A DNA stretch of 38,721 nt from a virus (IMGVR_UViG_3300020045_009774:1-38721), one strand, 5' to 3'. Positions 27,234-36,951 are shown, counted from the stretch's first letter. Notes: a model not told the origin generated them from the sequence alone. Numbers and translations are program-made.

Positions 27234-27281
27234 TAATAACGCCGCGTAGTCGCAAGCTACGCGGCAAACTGGAGACAAACA

Positions 27282-28166
27282 ATGAGTATGACAGAAGCAG
27301 AATTATTAGATGGATTGATGGCTGGAACTAATGCCGCGCCGTCGCTGAAATTAGAAGCGCCAGAAGAAAAAGAAATTACCCACGCAAAAACACACAACGG
27401 CGTAATGTCCGCTAGCAACATAAACAAACTAGCAACATACCAGCCAGACCCATCGGCAATAGCAGCGTTAGAGCTTGAAATTGAAGAGCTTGATTACCAG
27501 ATAGCCAATTCATCCCGTGGTACAAAAACAGCTGAAAAAGAGCGTGAAACAAAGCAAAGGAAACTCGATAGAATGTTTAATGATGAATTACCGCAGGGTG
27601 CTATTGAGTGGTGCAATCGATTAGCCGCTGATAGAATTTTTGGATTTGTCGAAAAAATGGATGTTTCTTTTGATAATTTTGCTACACGATACGGGAAAGA
27701 GCATGAGCCGCTAGCAGTTGAAGCTTTGAAACAGCGGTTTCCTCAGTATGATTTTCGGTTTGTGAATGATGAGCAGGGATTTATCGTGCTGGATGGGTTT
27801 GAATTGGTTGGTGCATCGCCCGATTCTGTTGTGTTTGCAAATGGGGTTAAGTTTGCTACGCTTGATATAAAAAACCCTCCGACAAAATCCATACACTTAG
27901 AATATGGGCTAATTGAAAGTGCAGCACAATTTAAGCGCGATTACCCAGCGTATTATTGGCAGTTAGTCATGCAAGCCATGTGTGCTAAGGTTGATGTGAT
28001 GTGCTTTGTTTCTTATTGTCACTATGCCCCAGACCATTTGCAGTTGTTTAATTATGAGTGGGGCTTAGTTCATGATGACGCTGTTTTCTTGCTTTCGAGA
28101 ATCAAGAAAGCAGATAAGTACATTAATGACAGAATTCAAGGTTTGAATGAGCGTTTTGGGTTGTAA
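27282..28166 (+). CDS. YqaJ / lambda-exonuclease family nuclease
   Basis: SAS, G.EHE..A, GASPD, DIK.P and YYWQ...Q motifs. Confidence 0.85.
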   Translation: MSMTEAELLDGLMAGTNAAPSLKLEAPEEKEITHAKTHNGVMSASNINKLATYQPDPSAIAALELEIEELDYQIANSSRGTKTAEKERETKQRKLDRMFNDELPQGAIEWCNRLAADRIFGFVEKMDVSFDNFATRYGKEHEPLAVEALKQRFPQYDFRFVNDEQGFIVLDGFELVGASPDSVVFANGVKFATLDIKNPPTKSIHLEYGLIESAAQFKRDYPAYYWQLVMQAMCAKVDVMCFVSYCHYAPDHLQLFNYEWGLVHDDAVFLLSRIKKADKYINDRIQGLNERFGL

Positions 28167-28240
28167 ATAAAAACACGCTCATCGGATTAGCCTATCCGAT
28201 GAGCGCAAAAGCAATATTTAACGAGGTTGGGAGAGTGCGA

Positions 28241-28501
28241 ATGACCAAAAAAACAGACTTGCCAATTGGGGTCTATAAGACCCGCAATGGAAAATTCAGT
28301 GCTAAATTTTCAAGAAGGCACGTCGGTACGTTTGATACAGTGTTAGAGGCTAGTAAAGCGTATGACGCACACGTCGAAAGAATTTCTACAGCTAAACAAA
28401 ATTACGCGGTCGCTAAAATTTACGACATTTACCAAGACTTTAGAAGTCGCGACGATGGCAAAGACCACACGCCCATATACCGCCGCCCTTGCGGTAATTA
28501 A
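28241..28501 (+). CDS. AP2-domain protein
   Basis: LP.GVY....KF.A......GTFDT..EA..AYD; ATG 28241 has an RBS, while ATG 28199 lies in a 12-bp hairpin. Confidence 0.65.
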   Translation: MTKKTDLPIGVYKTRNGKFSAKFSRRHVGTFDTVLEASKAYDAHVERISTAKQNYAVAKIYDIYQDFRSRDDGKDHTPIYRRPCGN

Positions 28502-28558
28502 ATAACACCTTCGTGCAGAAAAACTGCACGAAGAAACCACAAAAAAGGAGAAGAACAA

Positions 28559-28966
28559 ATGAACTTATCAAAAAAACACAAACTATGGCTAGCACTGGCC
28601 GCCGTAGTTTTGATGGTAGCAGAAGCAAAAACAGCTCATGCAAGAACCGAAGGCGATTGTCTTGCAAGAATATCTTTTGCGGAATCAAGGGGTGAAAGTG
28701 TAAAAGGTGTGCAGGATGTTATGAACGCCACGATTGCACACGCTAGGCAGTTGGAAATAAGCGTTTGCAAAGTCAAAGCCAAGCAATAAACACCGTCAGC
28801 AGACGTTGCGCTGTCGTATAGCTTGATAGCTAAAAGCGTCCTATCAGGTGCAATCAAGCCAAGAAACCGCGCCAATGCGTGGCGGTCTAAAGGTCAACGT
28901 GCCAAAGGTGGCGTAAGTATGGGCAGAACTGGCAAGCATCAATTTTTTTATGTCGCTCATTTGTGA
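28559..28966 (+). pseudogene. SleB/Hydrolase_2 cell-wall hydrolase interrupted by TAA
   Basis: Signal anchor, CLA...FAESRGE...G...V motif; TAA 28787-28789, then frame continues to GKHQFFY and TGA 28966. Confidence 0.75.
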
Positions 28967-29129
28967 GGTGTTGATATGACAAACCACAACCCCCCCCCGC
29001 ACAACTAGCCGCTGATAAACGGGCGCGATTCTTGTCTCTACCGACAGGCAGAAAGAAGCAATCAAACCGCGTGCAGATTGTCATTACACCTGCAAACCCC
29101 ATTGTTTATCCAGTTTGGACAATAAGAAA

Positions 29130-29514
29130 ATGAGAAAACAAAGAACCCCTACCTAAAGGCGTGTACTACGGAGCAAAAGGGACTTTTAACGCTCAATGCT
29201 CAATAGCAGGAATCTCTAAATGGTCATGCGGTCACGCCACGATTGAAGCCGCCGAATCCGCTTATAATGAAATAGCGGTGCTAAGACCGCCACGAAAAAA
29301 ACGCGTAGTGAGCTTTGAAAAAAGCCGCACTGAATATGTCGAGTATGGAGTCGAGAAAATAGGAAATACTTATGTGGTTAAGTTGCAAGCCAAGGAAATC
29401 GGCTATGTAGGCACAGCTAAAACACTTGAATCGGCTAGGGTTATGCGTGACAAAGTGCTGATTGATAGAAAAATATTTCCCCGTGCTAAACAATACAGGG
29501 GAAAGCATGAATAA
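29130..29514 (+). CDS. tandem AP2-domain protein (5' end frameshifted)
   Basis: LPKGVY...T.EAA..AY and GV....Y.V......VGT..TLE.A...RD; ATG 29130 is out of frame by one C at 29146-29149; GTG 29161 in frame. Confidence 0.55.
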
Positions 29515-29689
29515 AAAACACAGCGAACGCAACGCAGGGCGTAAGCCCACGCCAGACGGCGTAAGATTTAGCGGTGGGATGATGCCCCGTGAACTATACG
29601 AATGGGTAATGCGTGGGATAAACGGAATAAAGGGTATGGCGTTAGTAAAGGTCGCTCTTGAGTTCTATCGAGAACACCACACGCATTAA
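29507..29689 (+). CDS. ribbon-helix-helix-like protein
   Basis: RNAGRKP...MPRELYEW...LVKVALEFY. Confidence 0.5.
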   Translation: MNKKHSERNAGRKPTPDGVRFSGGMMPRELYEWVMRGINGIKGMALVKVALEFYREHHTH

Positions 29690-29738
29690 TTAATTTTTTT
29701 TGTGCTAAAATTTAGCATTTTATGTGGAGTGGGTTATT

Positions 29739-29996
29739 ATGACTAATATCGATGTAACTGTAGGTATTTTAGCAAGTCAGCTCGAAAGAGTGCGGCAGGA
29801 CATGAATGAAATAGCGGCAAAGGCTAGAGACGACAAAGAAGATAGCGACAAAGAAACAGAGGCATTGAGAAACGATGTTAATGATTTGCGCTCAGAAGTG
29901 CTAAAATACAAATGGTTAATGAGCGGGATTGTTGCGTGTTTAAGTGCGTTTGCAGCCGCTTTAAATTATATCGGGTTTGATTATTTTGAAAAGTGA
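29739..29996 (+). CDS. lysis-module coiled-coil membrane protein
   Basis: N-terminal coiled coil + single C-terminal TM helix; upstream TGtgcTAAAAT -10-like site. Confidence 0.6.
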   Translation: MTNIDVTVGILASQLERVRQDMNEIAAKARDDKEDSDKETEALRNDVNDLRSEVLKYKWLMSGIVACLSAFAAALNYIGFDYFEK

Positions 29997-30002
29997 GTGG
30001 TT

Positions 30003-30182
30003 ATGAAAAGATTATTTGCGTACCTACACGAAAGACTAAAAGAAGCTAGTACATGGCGCGGGATTATGTTAGTAGCAACGGCGGCTGGGGCAAAAATTAG
30101 CCCTGAAATGTCAGAAGCCATTATTACTTTAGGCGTTGCGCTTACTGGTATTATCGGTATCGTAACAAGTGACAGAAAATGA
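30003..30182 (+). CDS. holin-like protein
   Basis: RLKE.STWRG motif, two TM segments, near endolysin. Confidence 0.7.
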   Translation: MKRLFAYLHERLKEASTWRGIMLVATAAGAKISPEMSEAIITLGVALTGIIGIVTSDRK

Positions 30183-30352
30183 ACGCCCAACGCGATCTAA
30201 ACAAACTCGAAAAAGACAACGGAATTAAATCGGAGCTGTTTAGCGGTTGGGTAGTCACTGCCGATGATGGCACAGTTTACATGGTAAAGACATTTGCAGA
30301 GCGTCAACAGCTAGTCAAAAATTTAATCAGGATTGGTCAAAATGCCACATGA
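30179..30352 (+). CDS. hypothetical protein (57 aa)
   Basis: ATGA-coupled ORF below the track cutoff (MNAQRDLNKLEK...). Confidence 0.45.
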   Translation: MNAQRDLNKLEKDNGIKSELFSGWVVTADDGTVYMVKTFAERQQLVKNLIRIGQNAT

Positions 30353-30506
30353 CACCCGAATATTTTATTGTCATAATAACGCGTGCCAGTCACGCCACGA
30401 ATGCCTTTATCCGTCAGTGAAACCACAAACCCCCGTATTTTATGGCAAAGGCGACAATAAAGACGATTGCGAGGATTTTGTTAAATCGGAGAAGTCCAAT
30501 GACTAA
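30342..30506 (+). CDS. Cys-rich hypothetical protein (54 aa)
   Basis: ORF overlapping both neighbours (MPHDTRIFYCHNNAC...). Confidence 0.45.
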   Translation: MPHDTRIFYCHNNACQSRHECLYPSVKPQTPVFYGKGDNKDDCEDFVKSEKSND

Positions 30507-31095
30507 CATCGAAAAACTACGCGGCAAAATACCGCAAAACGTGTTTGAAGAATTGCCATTAATAATTCAAAAGCGAAACCTAACACCCTGCCAATTAGCC
30601 CACTTTTTAGCGCAATGCCATCATGAGAGTGGTGGGTTTAATCACGTTGTTGAAAATCTGAATTACAGCGCGACGCGATTGCAACAGGTGTTTCCGAAGT
30701 ATTACCCAAACAGCGCGATAGCCGCTAATCACGCTCACAAGCCCGAATTAGTCGGGGCGCGTATTTATGCTGACCGTATGGGTAATGGCGATGAGCGTAG
30801 CGGCAGTGGTTTTTATCGGCGTGGGCGCGGGTTTTTAATGTGTACAGGTGCTGATAACCAACAAGATTTTTTTGCATCTATGGGATTACCCGTCGATAGC
30901 GACCCAGAACTAATCAGCAAAGTTTACCCACTAACCAGTGCGGCGTGGTATTTTGACGAGCGCAAAGTGTGGCGCGTATGCGGTGAACCGACTGAAAAAG
31001 CAGTATTGGCTGTTACGCGGTTGGTGAATGGCGGTGTTAATGGGATTGATGATAGAATCAATTTGTTTAATTATTATTTTGACTTGTTGAAATAA
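30499..31095 (+). CDS. endolysin, glycoside hydrolase family 19
   Basis: AHFLAQ..HESG.F...ENLNYS, R.GNG, RGRG, SA.WYF, NGG.NG..DR; GGAG RBS before ATG 30499. Confidence 0.9.
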   Translation: MTNIEKLRGKIPQNVFEELPLIIQKRNLTPCQLAHFLAQCHHESGGFNHVVENLNYSATRLQQVFPKYYPNSAIAANHAHKPELVGARIYADRMGNGDERSGSGFYRRGRGFLMCTGADNQQDFFASMGLPVDSDPELISKVYPLTSAAWYFDERKVWRVCGEPTEKAVLAVTRLVNGGVNGIDDRINLFNYYFDLLK

Positions 31096-31856
31096 TGGCA
31101 ACTATTGAGCTACATAACCGCGATTGTTTAGAGGTTATGGAGGGGATTGATGATAGCAGTATTGATTGCATAATTTGTGACCCGCCGTATTATTCTACTA
31201 GCTTACATTTTGATAAAGCCGTGCGAATTGATTTTAAATCGTGGCTATTGGAGTGCCAAAGGATATTAAAGCCGTCGGGAGTATTGATTAGTTTTGCTGA
31301 TTTTAATCTTCTTGCTGAATTGCGTGGACACAAAGTATTCAAATGCACCTATGAATTAATCTGGGAAAAAACAATGGCGGTTGGTTTTTTAGATGCAAAT
31401 ATAAGACCGTTGCGAAACCATGAATTTATTGGTGTGTTCACGGACGCATTGAAGCTATCGACCTATAATCCGCAAAAGACTAAGGGCGCGGCTTACGCGC
31501 AAAAAAGCAGGGCTGGGCGTATGGCACACACCAATAAAATGAGGTCTTGCTCAATAGAAAACACAGGCGACCGCCACCCCGTAAGCGTATTAAAGTTCAG
31601 CAATAACAACAACGGTTCACTGCACCCAACACAGAAGCCATTAGACTTAGTAAGCTGGTTAATAAACACCTTCTCAAACGAGGATGATGTGATTTTAGAT
31701 TGCTTTTTAGGAAGTGGCACAACAGGACACGCCTGTGCAAATCTTAACCGCTCATTCATCGGAATAGAAATAGACTCTGCTTATTTTTCGATAGCCAAGG
31801 CGCGAATAGAAAACGCACAGCACGATTTAGTTAATTACTTTGGGGAGTTGGTATAA
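31095..31856 (+). CDS. DNA methyltransferase, N6A/N4C beta class
   Basis: DPPY ... HPTQKP ... LDCFLGSGTT ... GIE. Confidence 0.92.
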   Translation: MATIELHNRDCLEVMEGIDDSSIDCIICDPPYYSTSLHFDKAVRIDFKSWLLECQRILKPSGVLISFADFNLLAELRGHKVFKCTYELIWEKTMAVGFLDANIRPLRNHEFIGVFTDALKLSTYNPQKTKGAAYAQKSRAGRMAHTNKMRSCSIENTGDRHPVSVLKFSNNNNGSLHPTQKPLDLVSWLINTFSNEDDVILDCFLGSGTTGHACANLNRSFIGIEIDSAYFSIAKARIENAQHDLVNYFGELV

Positions 31857-32018
31857 TGCCCCCCCCAATTAACTTTTACAGCGTCCCCAGCCGTGACTGA
31901 TTTGACAATGCGCACTGCGTTAGGCAACATAGCAAAGACACTGCTATCAGTTGTGGCGCGGTGCGTGTTGGCATTAGGTGCAAACCAATGAATTTTTAGG
32001 ATTTAATGAAAATAGGTA

Positions 32019-32294
32019 ATGAAAGACGACAAAACCACCGACATATTTACTGATCCGCTCACTCTTGACGATTGCGACTTGCAAACTAAAGACGGGCGTT
32101 TGCGCGGGTTAGAGAAAATTGCAAAGTGGGAATTAACTAAGCCAATGGAAAAAATTAAAGCAATTGAGATTATTGGTAAAATTGATGGTGATTTTGTTGT
32201 AAAAACTGAGATAAAGCATAGCGGAGGAATAAACACTAAGCCAATTCAAGAATTGACGGACGCAGAACTTGACAGAGTTATTAGCGGCGGCTAA
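32019..32294 (+). CDS. terS: terminase small subunit (short form)
   Basis: Overlaps terL; KIKAIEI.GK..G.F..K.E..SG....LTD.EL C-terminal pattern; no N-terminal HTH visible. Confidence 0.6.
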   Translation: MKDDKTTDIFTDPLTLDDCDLQTKDGRLRGLEKIAKWELTKPMEKIKAIEIIGKIDGDFVVKTEIKHSGGINTKPIQELTDAELDRVISGG

Positions 32295-33651
32295 ATCAGA
32301 ACGCGCTTTGCGATTAGCGCGTTCTGATTTTTGGCGGTTTCGCCTGTTGATGCACAAACATCTGAAAATTGGCTGGTGGCAAAAGGAAGTTAGCTATAAA
32401 CTACAGCAATTCCACGCCGATTATAAAGATGGTTTACGCCCCCAGCTAATCATCACAGCACCACCGCAACATGGAAAAAGCACTATTATCAATGACTTTC
32501 TTTTGTGGTCTATTGGAAAAGATAGCGAGGCAACAGAAAGCGAATTAAAAATAATCTACGCTTCTTTTAGTGATGCTTTAGGGGTTAGAGCTAATCGGCG
32601 CATTCAAAGATTTTCAGCAACAAAACGCTTTCAGGATGTATTCCCTAAGTTCACACCAACTCACAAAACCCTTGATTTAATTCTGTATGGTGAAGATGGC
32701 TATTTCAGAAATACCACCATCGGCGGGGCAATTACGGGCGAATCAATGACGTGGGGGGTTATAGATGATTATACCAAGGGCAGGGCAGAATCAAACAGTC
32801 CAACAATACGCGATAAGGTTTGGGAGTGGTTCACGTCGGACTTTAGCACTCGATTTAGTGATGATGGGGCGTTTCTTTGCATCTGTACACGGTGGCACGT
32901 TGACGACTTAATCGGGCGTTTGGTTGAAATGAAACCCAACACCAAGGTTTTAAAATATCATGCCATTGCAGAACATGACGAACCGAACCGCAAACAGGGT
33001 GAGCCGCTATTCCCCGAACACAAAAGCGTTGCGTTTCTGAACGACATTAAGTCTGTCATGAGCGCAGCGGCATGGAATAGCCTTTACCAGCAAAACCCAA
33101 CGATTGCCGAGGGTAACTTTTTCAAACCTGATTTTATCGAAACCGTTGACACCTATCCAAGCAGCTTACAATTTGTCAGGGCGTGGGACTTTGCGGGAAC
33201 AGCAAACGGCGGCGATTATACGGTAGGCGTTAAAATAGGTTATGATGTTGCAACAAAAACGGCTTATATCGTTGATGTGGTACGCGGTCAATACGCACCC
33301 GAAGATGTTGAAAGGTTTTTACTATCAACCGCACAAGCCGACGGCAGATTGGTAAAAATACTTATCCCTCAAGACCCTGCGCAAGCTGGAAAATATCAAG
33401 CCAAGAATTTTGTTAAAATACTCAGTGGTTTTAGCGTGATTGCGGACAGGGTTACAGGAAGCAAGGAAACCCGCGCCAGTCCAGTAGCCGCACAGGTGAA
33501 TATTGGGAATATCAAAATGTGTCGGGGTGTGTGGAATAAGTCGTTTATTGAGGAATTGCGATTATTCCCCAACGGCGTAAACGATGACCAAGTTGACGCG
33601 TTTAGTGATGCGTACAATCATTTTATTAACAAAAAATCATACTCATTCTGA
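32269..33651 (+). CDS. terL: terminase large subunit
   Basis: Walker A PPQHGKS, Walker B VIDD, TRWH, YQQ.P, WD.A, DDQVDA. Confidence 0.95.
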   Translation: MTELLAAAKSERALRLARSDFWRFRLLMHKHLKIGWWQKEVSYKLQQFHADYKDGLRPQLIITAPPQHGKSTIINDFLLWSIGKDSEATESELKIIYASFSDALGVRANRRIQRFSATKRFQDVFPKFTPTHKTLDLILYGEDGYFRNTTIGGAITGESMTWGVIDDYTKGRAESNSPTIRDKVWEWFTSDFSTRFSDDGAFLCICTRWHVDDLIGRLVEMKPNTKVLKYHAIAEHDEPNRKQGEPLFPEHKSVAFLNDIKSVMSAAAWNSLYQQNPTIAEGNFFKPDFIETVDTYPSSLQFVRAWDFAGTANGGDYTVGVKIGYDVATKTAYIVDVVRGQYAPEDVERFLLSTAQADGRLVKILIPQDPAQAGKYQAKNFVKILSGFSVIADRVTGSKETRASPVAAQVNIGNIKMCRGVWNKSFIEELRLFPNGVNDDQVDAFSDAYNHFINKKSYSF

Positions 33652-35405
33652 TGCTAAACATATTCCGAAAGAAAAAACCTAAACATCCAGACATCATCGG
33701 TGAAATAGTCGATAAACTAATGCTACCCGACACTATCGGCGAAACGGTTTTTGTTGGTGATGACGCGTCAATATCAACCGATGAAAGCGGCGTGTTAAAC
33801 ATTGATATTTTGCGCTATTTTGCGCGGTGCAATTACCGACTGACACCGCAAATACAAGAGGAGCTTGTCAAGTATTGGGCTATTAATCGCGCGTGTTTAA
33901 TGCCCGTACAAGACTGCCTGCGCAATGGGTACGAACTGATAGCCGAGGCTCAGGAGCAAGTACCAGACACGCACATAAAAGCCATTGCGACTTTTAACAA
34001 GGAGTTTGGTTTTGACGAGCTCTTAGAGGATACGCTTTATTATTCGCGTGTCTACGGTATTCGTGTGTGTGTTTTTCAATTTGACGGATTAACACCTGAA
34101 CACTACGAAAACCCTATCAACTGGGAGACATTGAAAGGTTACAAGTACAAAGGCTTCTTTGCGTTATCACCTCAATATTGCGTCCCTTCCGATTTTGAAT
34201 TTAATGACCCTATGAGGTTCAGACAGGTTAATTACTGGCGCGTAGCTAATCAAAAGTATCATCATTCGTGGGTGCGTATCGTTCACCACGCCAAAGTACC
34301 CCCTAACCTGCTACCGCAATATTTAGGCGGTGGTGTTTCGTTGGTGCAAGAAATTTACGAACACATTTACCAAGCCAATCAAGCAAGTAATGAAGCCCTG
34401 CAAATCTTATTCACTAAGAATATGACGGTACGCAAGGGCGATGTACAAAGTGCATTGTTAGACCAAGCGGGTTTTGAGAATAAAATATCGTTCTTTTCAA
34501 GATTGACAGGGCAATTCAGAACGCTGTTTTTAGGCGAAAATGAAACCTACGAAAACGTAGAGAAATCATTGCAAGGCGTAGAAGATGTGCGCGGCAAAAT
34601 GTGGGAAATGTGCGCAGCGGTTGCAAAAATCCCTAATAATCGATTCATGATGACGCAATTAACAGGCTTTGCGGCAAGCGGTGAAGCTGAGGATAGAATC
34701 TACAATACATCGAATTTAAGCACTTTGCAGGTTAAAATTAACCCTGTTATTGAGTTCCACAACAAAGCCATTTTGATAACTAACGGACTGGATTGTGAAG
34801 ATATTACAATTCAATGGAATAAATGTGGCGCGTTGACAGAAGTTGAATTAGCGGACATTCAAGGTAAGCGGATTGCTAACGATGTGCAGCTGGTTATATC
34901 TCAAATCATATCCCCTGAAAAAGCCGCTGAGCGTTTGAGCAAGGATAAGGATAGTGGGTATGCGCACATTGATTTGACTGAGTTAGAATCGGAAGATGAT
35001 GTGTTGGACGGGCTTGATTTTTCTATGTTTGAACAGCCGCAAACGAAACAAAGTGAATCCGCACAGCCAACACAAACAGCCGACAAAAGCACCACCACAG
35101 CACAAGCCCATTTCATGGCAGCGGCAGCACATAATCCAGAGTTTGCAAAAGAAGCGGGTATTCCGCAATCCGTGGCGCGTGAATTTAATGAAGTCGACAC
35201 CAAAGACGAACGCCCACTACAGGCAGGAGACATAATCACTCTAGGCGGCTATGACGTACTAATCGAAAATCCAGCGGGTAGCGTAAGGACTTGGACGGAT
35301 TCAACAGGGCGTAGAGGCGATAGCGTTATGACTTGCCATTATGGGGAATTACAGGGGTATAGTGGGGCTGATGATGATTATTTGGATATTTTTATTGTCT
35401 ATTAG
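33651..35405 (+). CDS. portal protein (DUF1073-like) with C-terminal extension ending in the N-half of an InPase domain
   Basis: After terL; R.YG, HHS, G.S..Q, A..IP...G..ASGE motifs; tail AAAAHNPEFAK..GIPQSVA.EF and IENP.GS.R...HYG...G.GADDD..DIF. Confidence 0.9.
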   Translation: MLNIFRKKKPKHPDIIGEIVDKLMLPDTIGETVFVGDDASISTDESGVLNIDILRYFARCNYRLTPQIQEELVKYWAINRACLMPVQDCLRNGYELIAEAQEQVPDTHIKAIATFNKEFGFDELLEDTLYYSRVYGIRVCVFQFDGLTPEHYENPINWETLKGYKYKGFFALSPQYCVPSDFEFNDPMRFRQVNYWRVANQKYHHSWVRIVHHAKVPPNLLPQYLGGGVSLVQEIYEHIYQANQASNEALQILFTKNMTVRKGDVQSALLDQAGFENKISFFSRLTGQFRTLFLGENETYENVEKSLQGVEDVRGKMWEMCAAVAKIPNNRFMMTQLTGFAASGEAEDRIYNTSNLSTLQVKINPVIEFHNKAILITNGLDCEDITIQWNKCGALTEVELADIQGKRIANDVQLVISQIISPEKAAERLSKDKDSGYAHIDLTELESEDDVLDGLDFSMFEQPQTKQSESAQPTQTADKSTTTAQAHFMAAAAHNPEFAKEAGIPQSVAREFNEVDTKDERPLQAGDIITLGGYDVLIENPAGSVRTWTDSTGRRGDSVMTCHYGELQGYSGADDDYLDIFIVY

Positions 35406-35420
35406 GTTGTATAAAAAAAC

Positions 35421-35554
35421 TTGACATTTTGACTTAGTTTGTTATTATGAGCGCGTTATTGAAATTCTGCGTTCAGGCTTAAATTCAATAACGGTCGTTA
35501 TTACTAAACCCCGTTTCTAGGTAAGGCTGAACACTTACCACGCGGGGTTTTTTT
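35421..35554 (+). promoter_or_regulatory. sigma70 promoter + paired-loop leader RNA, copy E
   Basis: TTGACA-16-(TGt)TATTAT; hairpin-1 loop GTTCAG 35471-35476; nested stem AAACCCCG/CGGGGTTT with loop CTGAAC 35527-35532. Confidence 0.75.
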
Positions 35555-35567
35555 ATGGTATAAGAAA

Positions 35568-36941
35568 ATGCAAGACTATCGCGCTTTTCTCGAAGCAAAA
35601 AAACACTCGATAAGCGAGTCTGGATTTAATCCAGTGTTCATTCCTGATATGGCGTTCGATTTTCAACGCCATATCATTACTAAATCCGTTCAAAAGGGTC
35701 GTATTGGAGTATTTGCCGATACAGGTCTAGGAAAGACATTAATACAGCTATCAATAGCTCATAACGTGGTATTAAAAACAAACAAGCGCGTATTAATACT
35801 AACTCCGTTAGCCGTAGCCTTTCAATTCTTGATGGAAGCCGAAAAACTAGGCATTGGTGACATCGAACACTCAAAAGACGGCAAACACACCAAGAAAATA
35901 GTTATCTGCAATTATGAGCGACTTCACTATTTTTACGCCGATGATTTTGAATGCGTTATTCTTGATGAAAGCTCGATTTTAAAGAACTTTGACGGCAAGA
36001 TAAAGGGTCAAATAACCGCATTCATTAAAAAAGTACCCTATCGCTTTTTAAGTACCGCCACACCTAGCCCTAATGATTTCATCGAGCTAGGAACATCTAG
36101 CGAGGCGTTGGGTTATATGGGGTATATGGATATGCTTACCAAGTTTTTTAAGAATAACCAAAACTCAGTAGATAGCAACAATCGCAACATTGGCGAGAAG
36201 TTTTATTTAAAACCACACGCTGAGAAGTCTTTTTTCGCATGGGTTAATCAGTGGTCAATCATGGTAAAAAAGCCTAGCGACATCGGTTTTAGTGATGATG
36301 GTTACAACTTGCCAGAATTGATAAAAAATTATCACTCAGTACAAAATCAGTCAATGATTGATATTAGTGGTCAGTGTCAGTTGTTTACCCCGATAGCAAA
36401 ATCAATGACGGAGGTTAGATTGGAGCAACAGCAAACTATTAAACAGCGGTGCGAGCTTGCTGTGCAGCTTGCCAGTGATAAGACCAGCGTTTATTGGTGC
36501 AACTTTAACGAAGAAAGCTCACTATTAAAAGAACTAGACTGTGAAGCGGTTGAGATTATCGGGTCAATGTCAATCGACAAAAAAGAGGATATTTTAATCA
36601 ACTTCGCACAGGGCAACATTGAGCGAATTATCACCAAGGCAAAAATGACTAGCATGGGTTTGAATTGGCAACACTGCAATCACTCAGTGTTTTTCCCTAC
36701 ATGGTCTTATGAGCAGTATTACCAAGCTATTCGTAGGTTTTGGAGGTTCGGACAAAAAAATAACGTAACAATTGATATTGTTGCAAGTGATGGTCAATCG
36801 CGTGTATTGGAGGCGTTAGAGCAAAAGACACAAAAAGCAGTATCACTACATCAAAACTTAGTAAATGCGGTTAATCACTCTTTTACCGATGTTAGACGTG
36901 AATTTAAAAACGATGCAAAGTTGCCACATTTCTTAAAATAA
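35568..36941 (+). CDS. SNF2-like SF2 helicase
   Basis: TGLGKT, DESS, TATP, GLNWQ, Q...R..RFGQ. Confidence 0.9.
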   Translation: MQDYRAFLEAKKHSISESGFNPVFIPDMAFDFQRHIITKSVQKGRIGVFADTGLGKTLIQLSIAHNVVLKTNKRVLILTPLAVAFQFLMEAEKLGIGDIEHSKDGKHTKKIVICNYERLHYFYADDFECVILDESSILKNFDGKIKGQITAFIKKVPYRFLSTATPSPNDFIELGTSSEALGYMGYMDMLTKFFKNNQNSVDSNNRNIGEKFYLKPHAEKSFFAWVNQWSIMVKKPSDIGFSDDGYNLPELIKNYHSVQNQSMIDISGQCQLFTPIAKSMTEVRLEQQQTIKQRCELAVQLASDKTSVYWCNFNEESSLLKELDCEAVEIIGSMSIDKKEDILINFAQGNIERIITKAKMTSMGLNWQHCNHSVFFPTWSYEQYYQAIRRFWRFGQKNNVTIDIVASDGQSRVLEALEQKTQKAVSLHQNLVNAVNHSFTDVRREFKNDAKLPHFLK

Positions 36942-36951
36942 GGAATCCAAA

